NCBI GenBank assembly: GCA_030265395.1
Contig: JARFYF010000036.1
Location: forward strand, 41,784,099-41,848,098
Direction: 5' to 3'
Length of the DNA: 64,000 nt
Source: Rhina ancylostomus
Lineage: Eukaryota
Translations under genes and position numbers: made by a program
Shown here: positions 1 to 11,980 of the stretch, piece after piece
Layout: each line of letters begins with the position of its first letter
Position numbering within the stretch: position 1 is the stretch's first letter
Notes under the pieces: generated by a model
What the model saw: only the letters and a program-made list of their open reading frames with translations
Told to the model about the DNA's origin: nothing
The model's database searches: none

Positions 1-60
1 CCTCCGTAGATGTTGCCCGACCCGTTGAGTTCCTCCAGCACTTTGTGTGTGTTGCTCCAG
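1..60 (+). repeat. Right arm of palindromic Penelope-derived repeat
   Basis: gatgttgcccgacccgttgagttcctccagcac matches the arm at 5110-5150 and the reverse complement of 4870-4910. Confidence 0.65.
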
Positions 61-109
61 CCAAAATTTCCCAGACCATCTACAATACGAACACGCACTT
101 GACAGTGCA

Positions 110-430
110 GGACAAGTCTAATCCGTCTACTCTCAATCATCACCAAAGTGATGGAAGGTGTCACAGACCATGCCATCAGACGTCAAAGCAGCGTTTGACC
201 AAGTGTGGCATCAGGGAGCCCCGGTCAAACTCGCCAATGGGAATTAAGAGAAGTGTCACTGGCTGGAGTCATTCCTCACAGAAAGGAAGGTGATTGTGGT
301 TGTTGGAGGTCAACCATCTCAGCCCCAGGACATCGTTGTTCCACAGGACTGTGGTCCAGCTCTATTCAACTGTTTAATCAATGAATTTCCTCAATCGTTC
401 AATCAGAAGTGGGGATCTTCTCTGATACAC
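110..430 (+). mobile_element. Decayed CR1/L2-clade LINE RT fragment
   Basis: Encodes DVKAAFDQVWHQGA (RT motif D..KAFD.V.H), then a VPQG..L.P.LF..IN-like segment; its 3' part appears to continue at 1100-1565. Confidence 0.7.
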
Positions 431-467
431 TATTTGATTTGCATCTCTTGAAATAACAAGGGGGGAC

Positions 468-754
468 TAAGGACCCTCACCGTCTGGGACATGCCCTCTT
501 CTCATTACTACCATCGGGGAGGAGGTACAGGAGCCTGAAGACCCACACTCAACGAGTCAGGAACAGCTTCTTCCCCTCCGCCATCAGGTTTCTGAATGGT
601 CCATGAACCCATGAACACTACCTCATTATTCCTTTTTTTGCACTACTTATTTTTATAAGTTATAGTAATGTTATGTCTTTGCACTGTACTGTTTCTGCAA
701 AACAATGGCTTTCATGTCATATAAGTCAGTGATAATAAACCAGATTCTGATTCA
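468..754 (+). mobile_element. Rex1/Babar LINE 3' end nested in an older LINE
   Basis: Encodes HALFSLLPSGRRYRSLKTHTQRVRNSFFPSAIRFLN, ending in the aataaaccagattctgattc tail. Confidence 0.8.
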
Positions 755-1099
755 GAGGCCACACCTGTTCAAATGTGGACAGTAATGTCTGTGCCACACA
801 AGTGCCAGGCAGTGACTGTCTAAAGATATTATCACCTCCATTTAACACTCAATTGTATCATTCAAAATAGAGCTCGATGTTCAGGGAGTTGAGGGGTCCA
901 GGGATGATGCAGGAATCTGAAGTTGAGGTAGAAGATCAGCCACGATCTTGATGAATGGCAGAGCAGGTTTGAAGGGCTGAATGGCCTACTACATTTTTTA
1001 ATGTTCCTATGACCATCATTACGTCCTCTTCATCACCATCCTGAGGGTTGAGTGAGCTGGAATCCTGACTGGGGATCCTGTGGCAAATGAATCACCACC

Positions 1100-1565
1100 T
1101 GATGCATGAAAAGGACACAGGCCAGGAGTGTGATGGAACTCCCTCCACTTGCTCAGATAAGTGCACTGACAACTCAACAGCATCCAGGACAAAGCCACCA
1201 CCCAGGATACCCATATGCCCTCCACCACCAGCACATTGCAGCCGCAGTGTGCACCATCAACAAAGTGCACTGCAGTTACTTGCCCAGGCTACTCTTATAG
1301 CACCTCCCACACCTGTGACCCCCACCACCCAGAAGGACAAGGGCAGCACGTCACACACTGTCCGGACTTGGAAATATATCACCAGCACTTCTTTCTCACT
1401 GGGTCTAAATCCTGGAATTCCCCCACCACACCACTGTGGGAGCCCCTTCACCACACAGACTAATAGTTCTAGAGGGAAGCTCACTGCCACCTTCTCAAGG
1501 ACAGTGAGGGTTGCATAATTAACGCTGGCCTTGCCAGAAATGTCCACAGCCTGTAAATGTATAAA
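1100..1565 (+). mobile_element. CR1/L2-clade LINE 3' end
   Basis: Shark-type tail motifs agaaggacaagggcagca, cttggaaatatatc, tcctggaattccc, caccttctcaagg; same family appears reversed at 16105-17400. Confidence 0.7.
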
Positions 1566-2549
1566 CAAGCCTGACCTCTGTCGGGATGAGTGCACCAATG
1601 ATTCCACCACAGTTCTCTGATGTCAGAAAGGGTGCAGCCCAAGTCTGGGCCACCTACTCCACTGCTGCTGGTGGAGCACTGTGCAGGAGCAGTCCCGGAG
1701 GAGGGGGGATTTGTTAACACACCTTTGTCCTTTGTTTGCATTGGGTGCATGACTATGAATTGGAAGATCTGGTGTTCATCGACCATGGCCACAGAAGGTC
1801 AGAACATCAGCGTCAATGAGGAGCTAAGATGGGAACTCAGATGCAGTGGGAAATTCTGTTTTTTATTTGTATTCATTCATGGCATCTGGGTGTCAATGGC
1901 AGCCTTCGTCGAACGATCATCCCCAACTGTCCTTGTGAGAAAAAGTAGATGCGTCCTTATCTGCTGCAATCATGTTGGTCAAGGTCAAGGCAAGATTTTA
2001 ACACAACAATAAAGGTACAACGAAACACTTCTAGGAATGAGTGTGATTGGGACAGGATTTTGCGGAATGGGCCGTTTTCACGGAAGTAGGTCCAAGCCAG
2101 TGACCGCGTTCTGTTGGCGGCACACACTGCAGCCACGGTGCGCCACGAGGAGAGGGAGTGAACAATTAGGTTGAGTGTGTCAACCATGTGGGGAGCTTTG
2201 TCCTGAACAGTGCTGCGCTGCATTAGAGTTGTTGGAGCTACACTCAACCAGGCTTTGGAGATCATTCTATTCCCGAGATGCCCAACAAGTCTTTGAGTGT
2301 TTGAGGACCCTTTTAAAAGGCACAAGCACTGAGGATGGACAAGGTGGGATCCAGGGGCTCTATTTATTGCTAGTACCAGGTTTCCTGGGTATGATCCACA
2401 CCGTGGATTAGCTGGATGAATGTGGCCCTCTGTAGCTGGGCTGGTGTCAATCAGTTTCACTCGAAGATGGATGTCACCAGTTGCTGCTCTGTACATTTCA
2501 GTGTACGTGTAGTGCCCGGGCTGCTGGGTAACTGCACTTCTGGTTCACA

Positions 2550-2810
2550 AATGAACCAAATAAAAGAAGAGCAGGACTAGGCCATTCAGCCCATCAAACC
2601 TGCCCCATTGTTCAATACTGTCACGACTGATCTGCCCCAGGCCTTGTCTCCTCCTCTGCACCAGATGCCCACAGCCCTGGTCTTTCAGAAACTTATTCAC
2701 TTCCCCTTTAAACACCCCAATGATCCAACCTCCACAAGCTTCTGGGGAAGAGGATTCCAGAGATTCACCACCTTCTGCAAGAGGACCTTTCCAGGCATTC
2801 AGTATTAGGT
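2550..2810 (-). mobile_element. CR1/HER1 3' tail
   Basis: Reverse complement of the family tail (aggccattcagcccatc...agaggattccagagattcaccacc). Confidence 0.65.
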
Positions 2811-3711
2811 GAGTGCCTCCGCCCCATTCCACCCCCAACGAAATCCCAAGTTGTCAAATCTGTCGTGCAGTCAACTCATGTGCTTAAACAGGCCAAGTGC
2901 CTAAAGTAGCAGATCACAGCTTCCCTCCGGCTGGGATCATCTCAGAATTTGGTTATAATCCTTTCATCATTTCAGTTAATGGCAAGGACTAGATTTCCAA
3001 AATATTCCCCCAGAAGGTAGACTTGGCACTGACCTGGAAAATTACCCTTGGATTCAAAATTCAGTCTTACAACTTTAAATACTTTTTCAATAATAAAAGG
3101 CCCAGATTTGCCCTCCTAACTTGAGTTAACATAGTAGTCAAGTATTGAAAAGCAGTGGATGGCAGCAAGTCCTAGCAAATTCTTCTCCACTTAGGCCACC
3201 AAACCCTCGCGCACATGCACTGGTGAACTAATTTAGTTGTTTTAAGTTACTGACAATTGCTTGTGATTTCCCTGCCCTGAAGTAGATCTCATACCTAACG
3301 TTCAGTTGTCAGTTTGGTGCTATTTACTACATGAGCTTGAAGCTTTTGTTTTTAAAGTGTAGGTCCAAGTATAGGAAGAAACATGAACACATGAAGCAAT
3401 CAATGGGACTGGGGCAAACGGATTTCAATAAATGCAAGTGTTGGGTCCTCCACTTGTGACCAGTCTTTTCTAGATTGCAAAACGCCAGAAACAGTGAAAG
3501 TCTGAAGAAGCTTGGGCTCCATGAATGTACATTATGAAAGTACCAAGGACAATTACAAAGTACGATCAAAAAAGGCAAGTGGAACATTGGTCTTTATACC
3601 TCCAGGATTAAGAGGTGGGAAGTGTGTCACAACAATAGATATCCCAGGTGAGACTGCACTTGGAGTATTGAACACAACAACTTTGGAAGGAATGCAGCTT
3701 AGATGTACCTG

Positions 3712-4190
3712 GATGTTGTGGCATTGCAGTGCATTGGTTAGTGCTGCTGTCTGACAGCTCCAGGGATCCAAACTATAGAACTTGCAAGTTCACCCTCTGA
3801 CTGCATGGTTCTAATTGTATTCTTTCTTGTAAAAATTGCGCATAATTTATGTTTAATTTGTTTTTTTCTTGTGAATGCTGCTTATCTGATGCTCTGTGCC
3901 TGTGATGCTGCTGCAAGTAAGTGTTTCATTGCACCTGTGCACACATGGACTTGAGTATATGACAATAAACTCAACTTTTGACTTTGGGCGAGTGCTCCTG
4001 TTTCCTCCCATTTCCCAAAGACATGCTGGTAGCAGAACTGGCTACAGTAAATTACCCCTTAGTGTAGGTAAGTGGCAAAGGAATCAAAAGGGTGTTCATG
4101 GGCACACGAGAAAGAATAAAATGGCAGGGCCACAGAGAAACAAGAGGTTGCTGGAGGTTAGCATGGACTTTATGGCCTTTCTTGTAACAT
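3712..4190 (+). mobile_element. HE1/V-SINE-type SINE interrupted by a Rex1-type 3' tail (~3811-3985)
   Basis: tRNA-like head ggttagtgctgctgtctgacagctccaggg; central domain resumes at tttcctcccatttcccaaagac; insert ends in acaataaactcaacttttgacttt. Confidence 0.55.
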
Positions 4191-4825
4191 CTAAGTAAAT
4201 GATGCTCAGATATATTAAGTTATAGGGAGAGGTTACAAAACTAGTGTTACATTTCTTGGAAATATGAACATTGGGTGACTTGATTAAATTTTCAAAATGA
4301 ACGGATTGGTAAAACTCTTTTTGCATTTGGTAAGTGGCAGAGTCTAAAATTTGGAACCAGGCCTCATGAGTGAAGTTGAGCAACACATCTATATGCAGAG
4401 TACACAGAGAATCACAGAACTATGCCAGTGCTGAGTCAACTGTTAACAACAGAGATTAATAAATTTTTAACTAAAAATATTGAGGGATGTGGGGAATAGG
4501 AAGGCACGTGGTCACTGCGCAATCTCACTGGAAGAGGTTCAAGAGGCTGAATAGTCTTTGCTTGAACTGTTGTCACTTTGGAATCGATCCCTGGTGGCAG
4601 CAGAAAGTACTTGAGTTTAAATCCTCAATCTATGCAGGCAAGTGGGATTAGCATGGACGGTCGGCATAGACGTGGTGGTTATGACTCTAACAATTTATAC
4701 CAGGCAACCAGACAAAACTTAGTCCCTATTTTGAGATCAAATATTATATTCTCATTGATGTATACATATTTATATCCAATTATAAATGCTTATCTCTGAA
4801 CTTATAATGAAACTTACTACATAAA

Positions 4826-5162
4826 CTGGAGACACCAGAGACTACAGATGCTGGAATGTGGAGCAACACACAAAATGCTGGAGGAACTCAGCGGGTCAGG
4901 CAGCATCTATGGAGGGAAATGGACAGATGACATTTCTGATCGAGNNNNNNNNNNNNNNNNNNNNNNNNNNNNNNNNNNNNNNNNNNNNNNNNNNNNNNNN
5001 NNNNNNNNNNNNNNNNNNNNNNNNNNNNNNNNNNNNNNNNNNNNTTCACCCGGACTCTAATCAGTTCATAAGAAGGGTCTTGACCTGAAATGTCAACTGT
5101 CCATCTCTCTTCATAGACGCTGCCTGACCTGCTGAGCTCCTCCAGCATTTTATGTGTTGCTA
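4826..5162. repeat. Palindromic Penelope-derived repeat with degenerate hammerhead-like motif
   Basis: Arms ~4862-4935 and ~5087-5160 are reverse complements; gap in the centre. Confidence 0.75.
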
Positions 5163-7084
5163 TGTGAACTAGTTGGATTGCCGATGTGGTCTTTCCTGAT
5201 GCTGTAGCATCATCAGTGGTGGGAGTACATAATTGCGGTGTGACAAGTTTACAACGGAAATTCCCATTAAAAATGTTGACAGGAATTTATCATGGAAAGT
5301 TGATGGAAACTGTGCAGACTCAAGAATTTTAGTATTTTGCAAAGGTAATTCCAAAGAAGTTCAACTTCCATGAAGGAGTTTGGGGTTAAATTAGTTCTAG
5401 ATGGCTACACAGGGTTGTTCTTTTACAAACTCCAAGGCAAGTTTTTATGATACTGAAATGATTTGATCTCCATTGTGGTCTGTTTCAGTAAGAGACACAG
5501 TGGGAGTAACAGGAAATCTGATGAACCAGAGTCATCCAAGAAGGTAATTGTGCTGTGGAATATGACATGAAGGCTACTAAAATGGAAGACAGACCAGAGA
5601 CAGCACAGCTCCCACTCAACATCACTAGGACAGCTTGACGAGTCATTATCAAATTGAGGTGGGCATGTGTTGCACCTAACTTGGCTGCCACTTTGCCTGT
5701 ATTACAAACAGTTCCCTACTTCATGTAGTCCATTAAAGAAGAATGTGGCACATGGAACAAGATCACGGCTGATCATGAACTTCAGCTCCTTTTCCCAAAC
5801 CATCTGCATATCCCCCTGGTGTCCAGAAATCTATCAATGTCACCTTTAAATATACCTGTTTATAAAGCACTTTGCAATATCCTGAGGTTGCAAAAGTTAG
5901 GCACATCTGCTCTTCTTTCCTAACTGGCTCTTTGCAAAGGCAGCACCAATGAATAATGTCTTATCGCTTGCAACAAATACATTCCTACATGTTTTAAGTC
6001 ACTCCCACAATCTCCCTCCACACCCTCCTGTTCTGTTCATCGATACGAACCCCCTCAGCTGTGCAGTCAGCTCCCATACACAAGCCAATAAAACATTTGA
6101 TCTGCACATCCTTGTCTCCTATACTTTGACCATTCCTGTGCTAATTGACCAGGTCTCCAAGACCCCATGTCATGGACAGACTGGATCCTCCCCCCATTCA
6201 AAAACATCACCAGGGTTCCTCCAGAAATTCTGTGTTAATCAGTGCTGTTTGACTGATCCACATTCTCTACTGTGCAATCACTTCAGCTTGCAGCCAAGCT
6301 CAAACCATGCCTCGGTGCCAGTCCATGAGGTCACCTGAAGTTGCCTGGTCCAAGCTCTTGCTTTGACTTCTCTCCTGTGCTTTGTTTGGCAAAACGCCAA
6401 GCAGCACTCTTGCCTAAAGGTGGGTTCATACCTGGTCTACTCATCCCACAGCCTGTTCTTGGACACTCCCATCCTAGTGAACAAAGGTGGACATCACTCT
6501 TCACGTTGGGACTGATGCTGTTTGGTACTCCCCGCCACACTGGGCTCTGCAGTTCTCCCCCTCAATACCTTCTTCACACCCAATTACTTGTCTCCCTGTT
6601 CTACCATCTTCCAGCTCCAGTTTGTGTGCCTAACTCCCCCTGCGCTCTCTCTCGGATATATTTGGCTGGAGAGCAGGGACTGGGCGAATTCACACTATCC
6701 AAGGAGCCAGTTTCCTGCTCCTGAACATCACCAAATTATCTCAACTCCACAAGGGTAAAAACAAGACTACAGACGTCTTTAAATTGATTTTTTTTTAATT
6801 GTACTGTATATTTCACTTTTTAAACCCCATAAGCAAATCAAAGCCGGCTAGGTCCGTCTTTACATCCAGTGATAACGCCTGCTGGCTTCACTAACACGTT
6901 TAAAAAAATTGCAGGTAGTGTGACCTTGATCTGGGCGCCTGAACCACACTCAGGCCTGCAGGAGCTCGGCACCGGCCGGATCTGCAAGTGGGAAAGGGGA
7001 GCGGAACAAAAGGACGCTTTTTGCGGATTGACAGTGAACGGCTCTCATTTCGCAAGATAGGAATTTTAAGATTCCAAGGAGACT

Positions 7085-7090
7085 TTTATT
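7085..7090 (-). promoter_or_regulatory. Candidate poly(A) signal for the long DIDO1 isoform (alternative ATTAAA at 6794-6799)
   Basis: AATAAA on the minus strand ~1.1 kb after the stop codon, near the edge of the unique CpG-rich sequence. Confidence 0.45.
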
Positions 7091-7299
7091 TTAAAAAAAG
7101 ACACACAGGATGGGAAAAGAGCCCCGGATCCACAGGTGCGGACGTTTGAAATGAGCTTTTTCACAGACGTTTACAAACCCCATCTCAAACATCAGCCACG
7201 CTGAAGCTTTCATCAACTTCCCGTCTTTACTTGAGCTTCCCTTATAGATGGAGACGTGTTCATACACACACACACAAACAGAATTCCTGAAGATTTAAT

Positions 7300-10200
7300 G
7301 ATCGGACAGAACATCTCCAGCGGGTTGCCCGCGAGGTCAGGTGTGTGTGTGGGGGGGGGGGGGTGCGATTCCAAGTCCCACCTCTCCACTTTCTCCAACA
7401 CACGGACACCGGCCGGAGTCACACCAGTAACCACCACTATTAACACCAATATCAAACGGCGGGAGCATTTCATTCAGGTCCGGCGCCGGAATTCGTTCGC
7501 CTTCACCCTCTCCCCCTGCACCAAAACCCTCTAAAGCTGCCGCAGGGAACGTAGAGCCGCAAATTTACTACAGACCGACATGGAATGGAGATAGGGCCGG
7601 ATTTCCCACTGGAACCACTCTGGGGTCCACCGAGTGTCCCCTCCCTCCCCCCCCCCCTTCAGCGGCATCACTCGGCCGCAGATACCCCCCTGGTAGGGCA
7701 AGACACCGATCCTTCCCCGGGGTCACAATTCATGAACCCACACCCGGGCAGATACACTTAAATCCAGAAGAAAATAGTCAAACGGTCGGGCGGAGGAGGC
7801 GCCAGAACATTAAAACATCTCGGTGACAGTCTCTGAGTGAAATGCATCTCCATCCGGCGAACTGTGAATATCACAACGGTTCTCAAAATAGGACTGAAGC
7901 AGCCTGGGACCGCTTCAAATGTAGAACCACGGTCTGATAACAAAAAATGTAAAAAAACCAAAGGTGCCGAGAGTTGCAGTGAGCGGCGGCAGCTGGCCGT
8001 CTCCGGGCCCTGAGTTGTGCACGTTGTTGGGGCTTCACCCCCTCGGCCGTCACCAGTTGCTCCAATAACCACTCCAAGTTCCCTCACCGACGGGCGACGG
8101 TGCTTTACAAACCCGGTGTCAGTCTCCCCCTGGGTCTGGAGGACGGACAGTCGCTGAAGCAGCCGAGCCCTCCTCACGACTCGGGCTTGCTGTTGGGAGC
8201 GGCGGCCTCGCTCGGCGCTTTTTTGCCCTCCTNNNNNNNNNNNNNNNNNNNNNNNNNNNNNNNNNNNNNNNNNNNNNNNNNNNNNNNNNNNNNNNNNNNN
8301 NNNNNNNNNNNNNNNNNNNNNNNNNNNNNNNNCGCTTTTTTGCCCTCCTCGGCCTCGGCTCTGCCCTCCCGCTCCTTGCCCTTGCTCTCCTTCCCACGGT
8401 CGTGCTCTCGCTCTCTGCCTCTGCTCCTCTCCCTCTCTCTGCCCTTGTCCCGCTCCCTCCTCCGGTAGCGGTCGCGGTCTCTGTCCTGGTCCCGCTCCCT
8501 GTTCTTGCTCCTGTCCCGATCGCGGCTCCGGTCCCACTCTCTGTCCCGGTTCCAGGGGCGCTCTCTGTCCCGGTCGCGCTCCCACGGCCGCCCGTAATCT
8601 CGCTCTCTGTCTCTCCGCCTGTCGTCCGCTCCTCTGCGGAACCGATCGGCCGGGTTGCGGCTTTCTGCCCGGTCCGAGCCGTACCGGTCGTGCGGGCCGC
8701 CTTCCTGCCGGTCCCGCTGGCGGCCCGGGTGAACCCTCGGTCGCTCTCGGTCCCGGGCCTCGGACTGAAGAGGTTGCAACCCCCCTGATCTCTGGCCCTC
8801 GGGTTCAGAGCCGAGGGCAGAACCGGGCAGCTGACCCGGGGCCAAGTCGTGAGGGGACGGGGAGTGGTTGCCCATGGGGTGGGGCGGCTGGTTGCCGTAC
8901 CCTGGGAGGGGCTGTCCTTGGAAGCGGTACCGGGGCGCAGGAGCCCCTCTGGGGAAGAGCGTCGGGGGCTTGGGGTGATGGAACGGGGGCCGCGGCTCCC
9001 GGTCGACGGGCTGGCCGTTGTTGGGATGCTGGAAGTTTGGGAAAGGTCCCATCGCCTGCGGCACGTTGGAAGGGTGGAAGTTCTCCTGCGGGTTGCCGAA
9101 GTTCTGCGAGCCGCGGGGAGGCGAGGGGAAGCAGCGGTCGCCCGCATAGGAGGATCCCAAGAGGGGCGGGAGTGTGGGGGTGGGGAGGAGACCTTTGGGC
9201 GGGGGTTGGACCCCCTGCGCCTGGTCCATCAGGGGCAGAGGCTGAGGAGGGCAGCCGGGCGCCGGAATCGCTTCCAGGGAGACGGGAGGCTGCACCAGCT
9301 CGGCGGAGCTGCCAGCGGGGGCCGGGACACCCCCTTCGGCCTGGGGGGTGGGCGCCGGGGTCTCCGGCGGCACACCAGCCCCGTCGGTTGGCGCCGCCTC
9401 CTGCAGCCGGGGGCTGCTGTAGGTGGGCAGCTCGGTCGCCCCTTCTCCGGGTGCCTGAGTTCGGACGCCCGGCGGCTGGGTGGGGGTCACCCTCCTGACG
9501 GCTGCCTGGCGGGGGTCCCGGCGCTGGTCAATCACTTGCGATGGCCCCGAGGGGGCAGCGGGGTCGGGGCCAGCCGCCTGCCCCGGGGTCCCCTCCGGCA
9601 CCTCGAACAGGTCGGGCTTGTAGGACGAGGATTTGGGCGGCGGGGACATCAGGGCGTCCGAGACGGAGAAACAAGCCATGGAGACGCCGACGGCCGCTCG
9701 CTGCTGCCTCAGCGCTTCCTCCTGCTCCTCCACCTGCCGCGTCTGCTCTTCGATCTGCTTGTTGAGGGTGTCCAGCATCTTCTGCTGCTCCTGGAGGGAC
9801 GGGGTGGCCGAGAGCGAGGGCAGGTACAGGTCGGCCGGCCCGTTGTTCTTGCTGTCCGTGCCCACCGGGACCATTGCTTCCTCCAGGATGGTCTCATCGG
9901 CCGGGTCGTAGGCATCCTCCAGGTCGTACACCTTCTCCGCCTCCGGCTTGTACTCTTCCTCGGGGTCGTACGGGCGGTTGTCATCGTCCTCCACGTCGGG
10001 CCCCACCTTGTCCTCTTTCAGGAGCCCAAACTGCTGGACAATGGGGTCCATGAGCGGGGCGGAGGAGGAGGAGCCCGCTTCTGGCTCTGGGGTGGAGCCC
10101 GCAGAGTCGGGAGAGTCCTTGGCTTTGTCGAAGGGCTTCTTGCCGCCGAACAGCGTCTGCAGGATGTGTTGCAGAGGGTTCGCCACCTTGGCGCCGGGCG

Positions 10201-10830
10201 CGGCGTTGGCACCGGCCGCCGGCTGCCCCGGGGCAGCGCTGCTCACGTTGCCCTTGGGCGGTGGTGGGACCGAATCCCCACGGAGCTCGGCGGGCGGAGA
10301 GACCGAGGGAGGGGGCGACGTGGCCGGCTCTCCATGCAACGCATGACCTTTGGCGGGCTTGGTCTCTCTGGTCACCGGGGCGGCGTAACGCTGCACCTCN
10401 NNNNNNNNNNNNNNNNNNNNNNNNNNNNNNNNNNNNNNNNNNNNNNNNNNNNNNNNNNNNNNNNNNNNNNNNNNNNNNNNNNNNNNNNNNNNNNNNNNNN
10501 NNNNNNNNNNNNNNNNNNNNNNNNNNNNNNNNNNNNNNNNNNNNNNNNNNNNNNNNNNNNNNNNNNNNNNNNNNNNNNNNAAATAATGTGGTCAACAGTC
10601 TGTGTGGAGTCCCAGCGCCCTCCCCCCGCCGACCCAGCCACTGGGGGCTTCTCGCCTCCCTCTGGTCTACAGGTAGGAGCATAGTTTATAAACCAGAGAG
10701 CTGTTAAGTATCTGAATGGATCCCCATTAACAAGGCAGCATGCAGCATCTGCCACCAGGATGGGACACAGAAAATGTGAGCGAACTTTACGGAGTGGCCC
10801 GCCAGCATTTTCCCGGCCCAGAACTCCAAA
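7300..10830. promoter_or_regulatory. CpG-island-like region over the terminal exon and 3' UTR
   Basis: Visibly high GC and CpG density compared with the AT-rich, CpG-poor rest of the window. Confidence 0.75.
8174..10399 (-). CDS. DIDO1: DIDO1 large terminal coding exon (Dido3-type C-terminus: coiled coil, Pro-rich region, R/D/E-rich tail); 5' end lies in N gap 10400-10580
   Basis: Translation contains DIDO3-typical blocks PLQHILQTLFG, PLMDPIVQQFG, RPYDPEEEY, AYDPADETILEEA, EQQKMLDTLNKQIEEQTRQVEEQEEALRQQRAAVGVSMACFSVSDALMSPPPKSS, RDPRQA and an RD/RE tail; stop TGA at 8174-8176. The internal 100-N gap (8233-8332) has identical 17-bp flanks. Confidence 0.93.
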   Translation of the reverse strand, partial: EVQRYAAPVTRETKPAKGHALHGEPATSPPPSVSPPAELRGDSVPPPPKGNVSSAAPGQPAAGANAAPGAKVANPLQHILQTLFGGKKPFDKAKDSPDSAGSTPEPEAGSSSSAPLMDPIVQQFGLLKEDKVGPDVEDDDNRPYDPEEEYKPEAEKVYDLEDAYDPADETILEEAMVPVGTDSKNNGPADLYLPSLSATPSLQEQQKMLDTLNKQIEEQTRQVEEQEEALRQQRAAVGVSMACFSVSDALMSPPPKSSSYKPDLFEVPEGTPGQAAGPDPAAPSGPSQVIDQRRDPRQAAVRRVTPTQPPGVRTQAPGEGATELPTYSSPRLQEAAPTDGAGVPPETPAPTPQAEGGVPAPAGSSAELVQPPVSLEAIPAPGCPPQPLPLMDQAQGVQPPPKGLLPTPTLPPLLGSSYAGDRCFPSPPRGSQNFGNPQENFHPSNVPQAMGPFPNFQHPNNGQPVDREPRPPFHHPKPPTLFPRGAPAPRYRFQGQPLPGYGNQPPHPMGNHSPSPHDLAPGQLPGSALGSEPEGQRSGGLQPLQSEARDRERPRVHPGRQRDRQEGGPHDRYGSDRAESRNPADRFRRGADDRRRDRERDYGRPWERDRDRERPWNRDREWDRSRDRDRSKNRERDQDRDRDRYRRRERDKGRERERSRGREREHDRGKESKGKEREGRAEAEEGKKAXXXXXXXXXXXXXXXXXXXXXXXXXXXXXXXXXXEGKKAPSEAAAPNSKPES

Positions 10831-11852
10831 TCCGCGTTATAAAAGGTTTGTATCAGGTAATTTAGACCCAGTCCTTGGAGCAAGACCAAGTCCTCTAGTA
10901 AACATTACACTTGATAATGTTCCGAACAACGGCTTTTGACAAGCTATGGGAATGTTTACAGGGAAAGCGAGGATGGGGGATTAAAGTTTACGCTCAATAC
11001 AGACAATATACAACTTCTGATAATTCAGACACACATTTCTATCTAAATACAAGCTTTAAAATAATCACAACAGTATTCACGGCTCCCAACTCCACCTTCG
11101 CGAAACGTTCTACACTGCGCCTTGTAGAAAACTACGTAAATCACGGCAAAGTGTGCGGAACGGGGAGCGGAGGGAACGGGCTGGCACTTATAGTCTAACA
11201 GCGAGAAAAGAGAGCGAGCGAGAAGGGGGAGGGAACGCAAAACGTGTAGGAAGTCCCAAGTTTTACAGTGAAACTCTGGATTGGAGGCCATCACTGATAA
11301 CGCCCAGAGATTGTACCCCAACCGCAAGAGGCGGTTTCAACTCCTAACATAAAGTTTGCCGATCGCTCAACACTTGTCTGCAGCTGGGGAAACTATCTTA
11401 AACTAACGGTTCAAACTTCATGTACATCAGCAGATTACCAGTGTGAATGTTTCACTGCCATTGTGGACGGCCCTTTAGACCCGAGCAGGTACCCCTCTGT
11501 CTACTCGGTAACCGCCGATATGGGGGGGGGGGGGACAGAGTTCTCCCGGCTGGCGATTCCCGGGCTAGGAACAAGAAATAAAACTCCACTGATCCATTAC
11601 TGGATCCAAGTGTTTCTTGGGAAGCTCCAGAAGAAACCTGTCCGAGTAGAAAGTCAGTCACCAGCCAGCGGTCATTTATAACATCAATTTAACACGTTTT
11701 TGGACCGATTAGGCAAAGGGCCGAGCTTTCTTTTGGAGGGGTGGTTACACGAAGAAATGACTGCTATAGATAAGGCCGGATTCTTTATTGCGGGACCTTC
11801 CCTTACGCAAGCCCCCCCCCTCCCACCACATAATAAATGTGGCATTGGGGAT

Positions 11853-11980
11853 CTACTGGAGGAACAGCGGGTCGAGCAGTATGTGTTTTTGGGGGGGGGG
11901 GTGGAGAAGAGGAATTGTCGACGTTTCNNNNNNNNNNNNNNNNNNNNNCGACCCGCTGAGTTCTTCGAGCACATTGTGTC
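11853..11980. repeat. Palindromic Penelope-derived repeat (gapped)
   Basis: ctggaggaacagcgggtcgagcag ... gtcgacgtttc NNN cgacccgctgagttc. Confidence 0.65.

Noticed and set aside
1087-2496. ORFs of 100-179 aa near the window start
   Set aside because: Mostly overlap decayed LINE fragments; no splice structure or recognisable product
8849-10684. 611-aa plus-strand ORF and other overlapping ORFs at 7758-10755
   Set aside because: Shadow frames of the GC-rich DIDO1 terminal exon; low complexity, no domain, several cross N gaps
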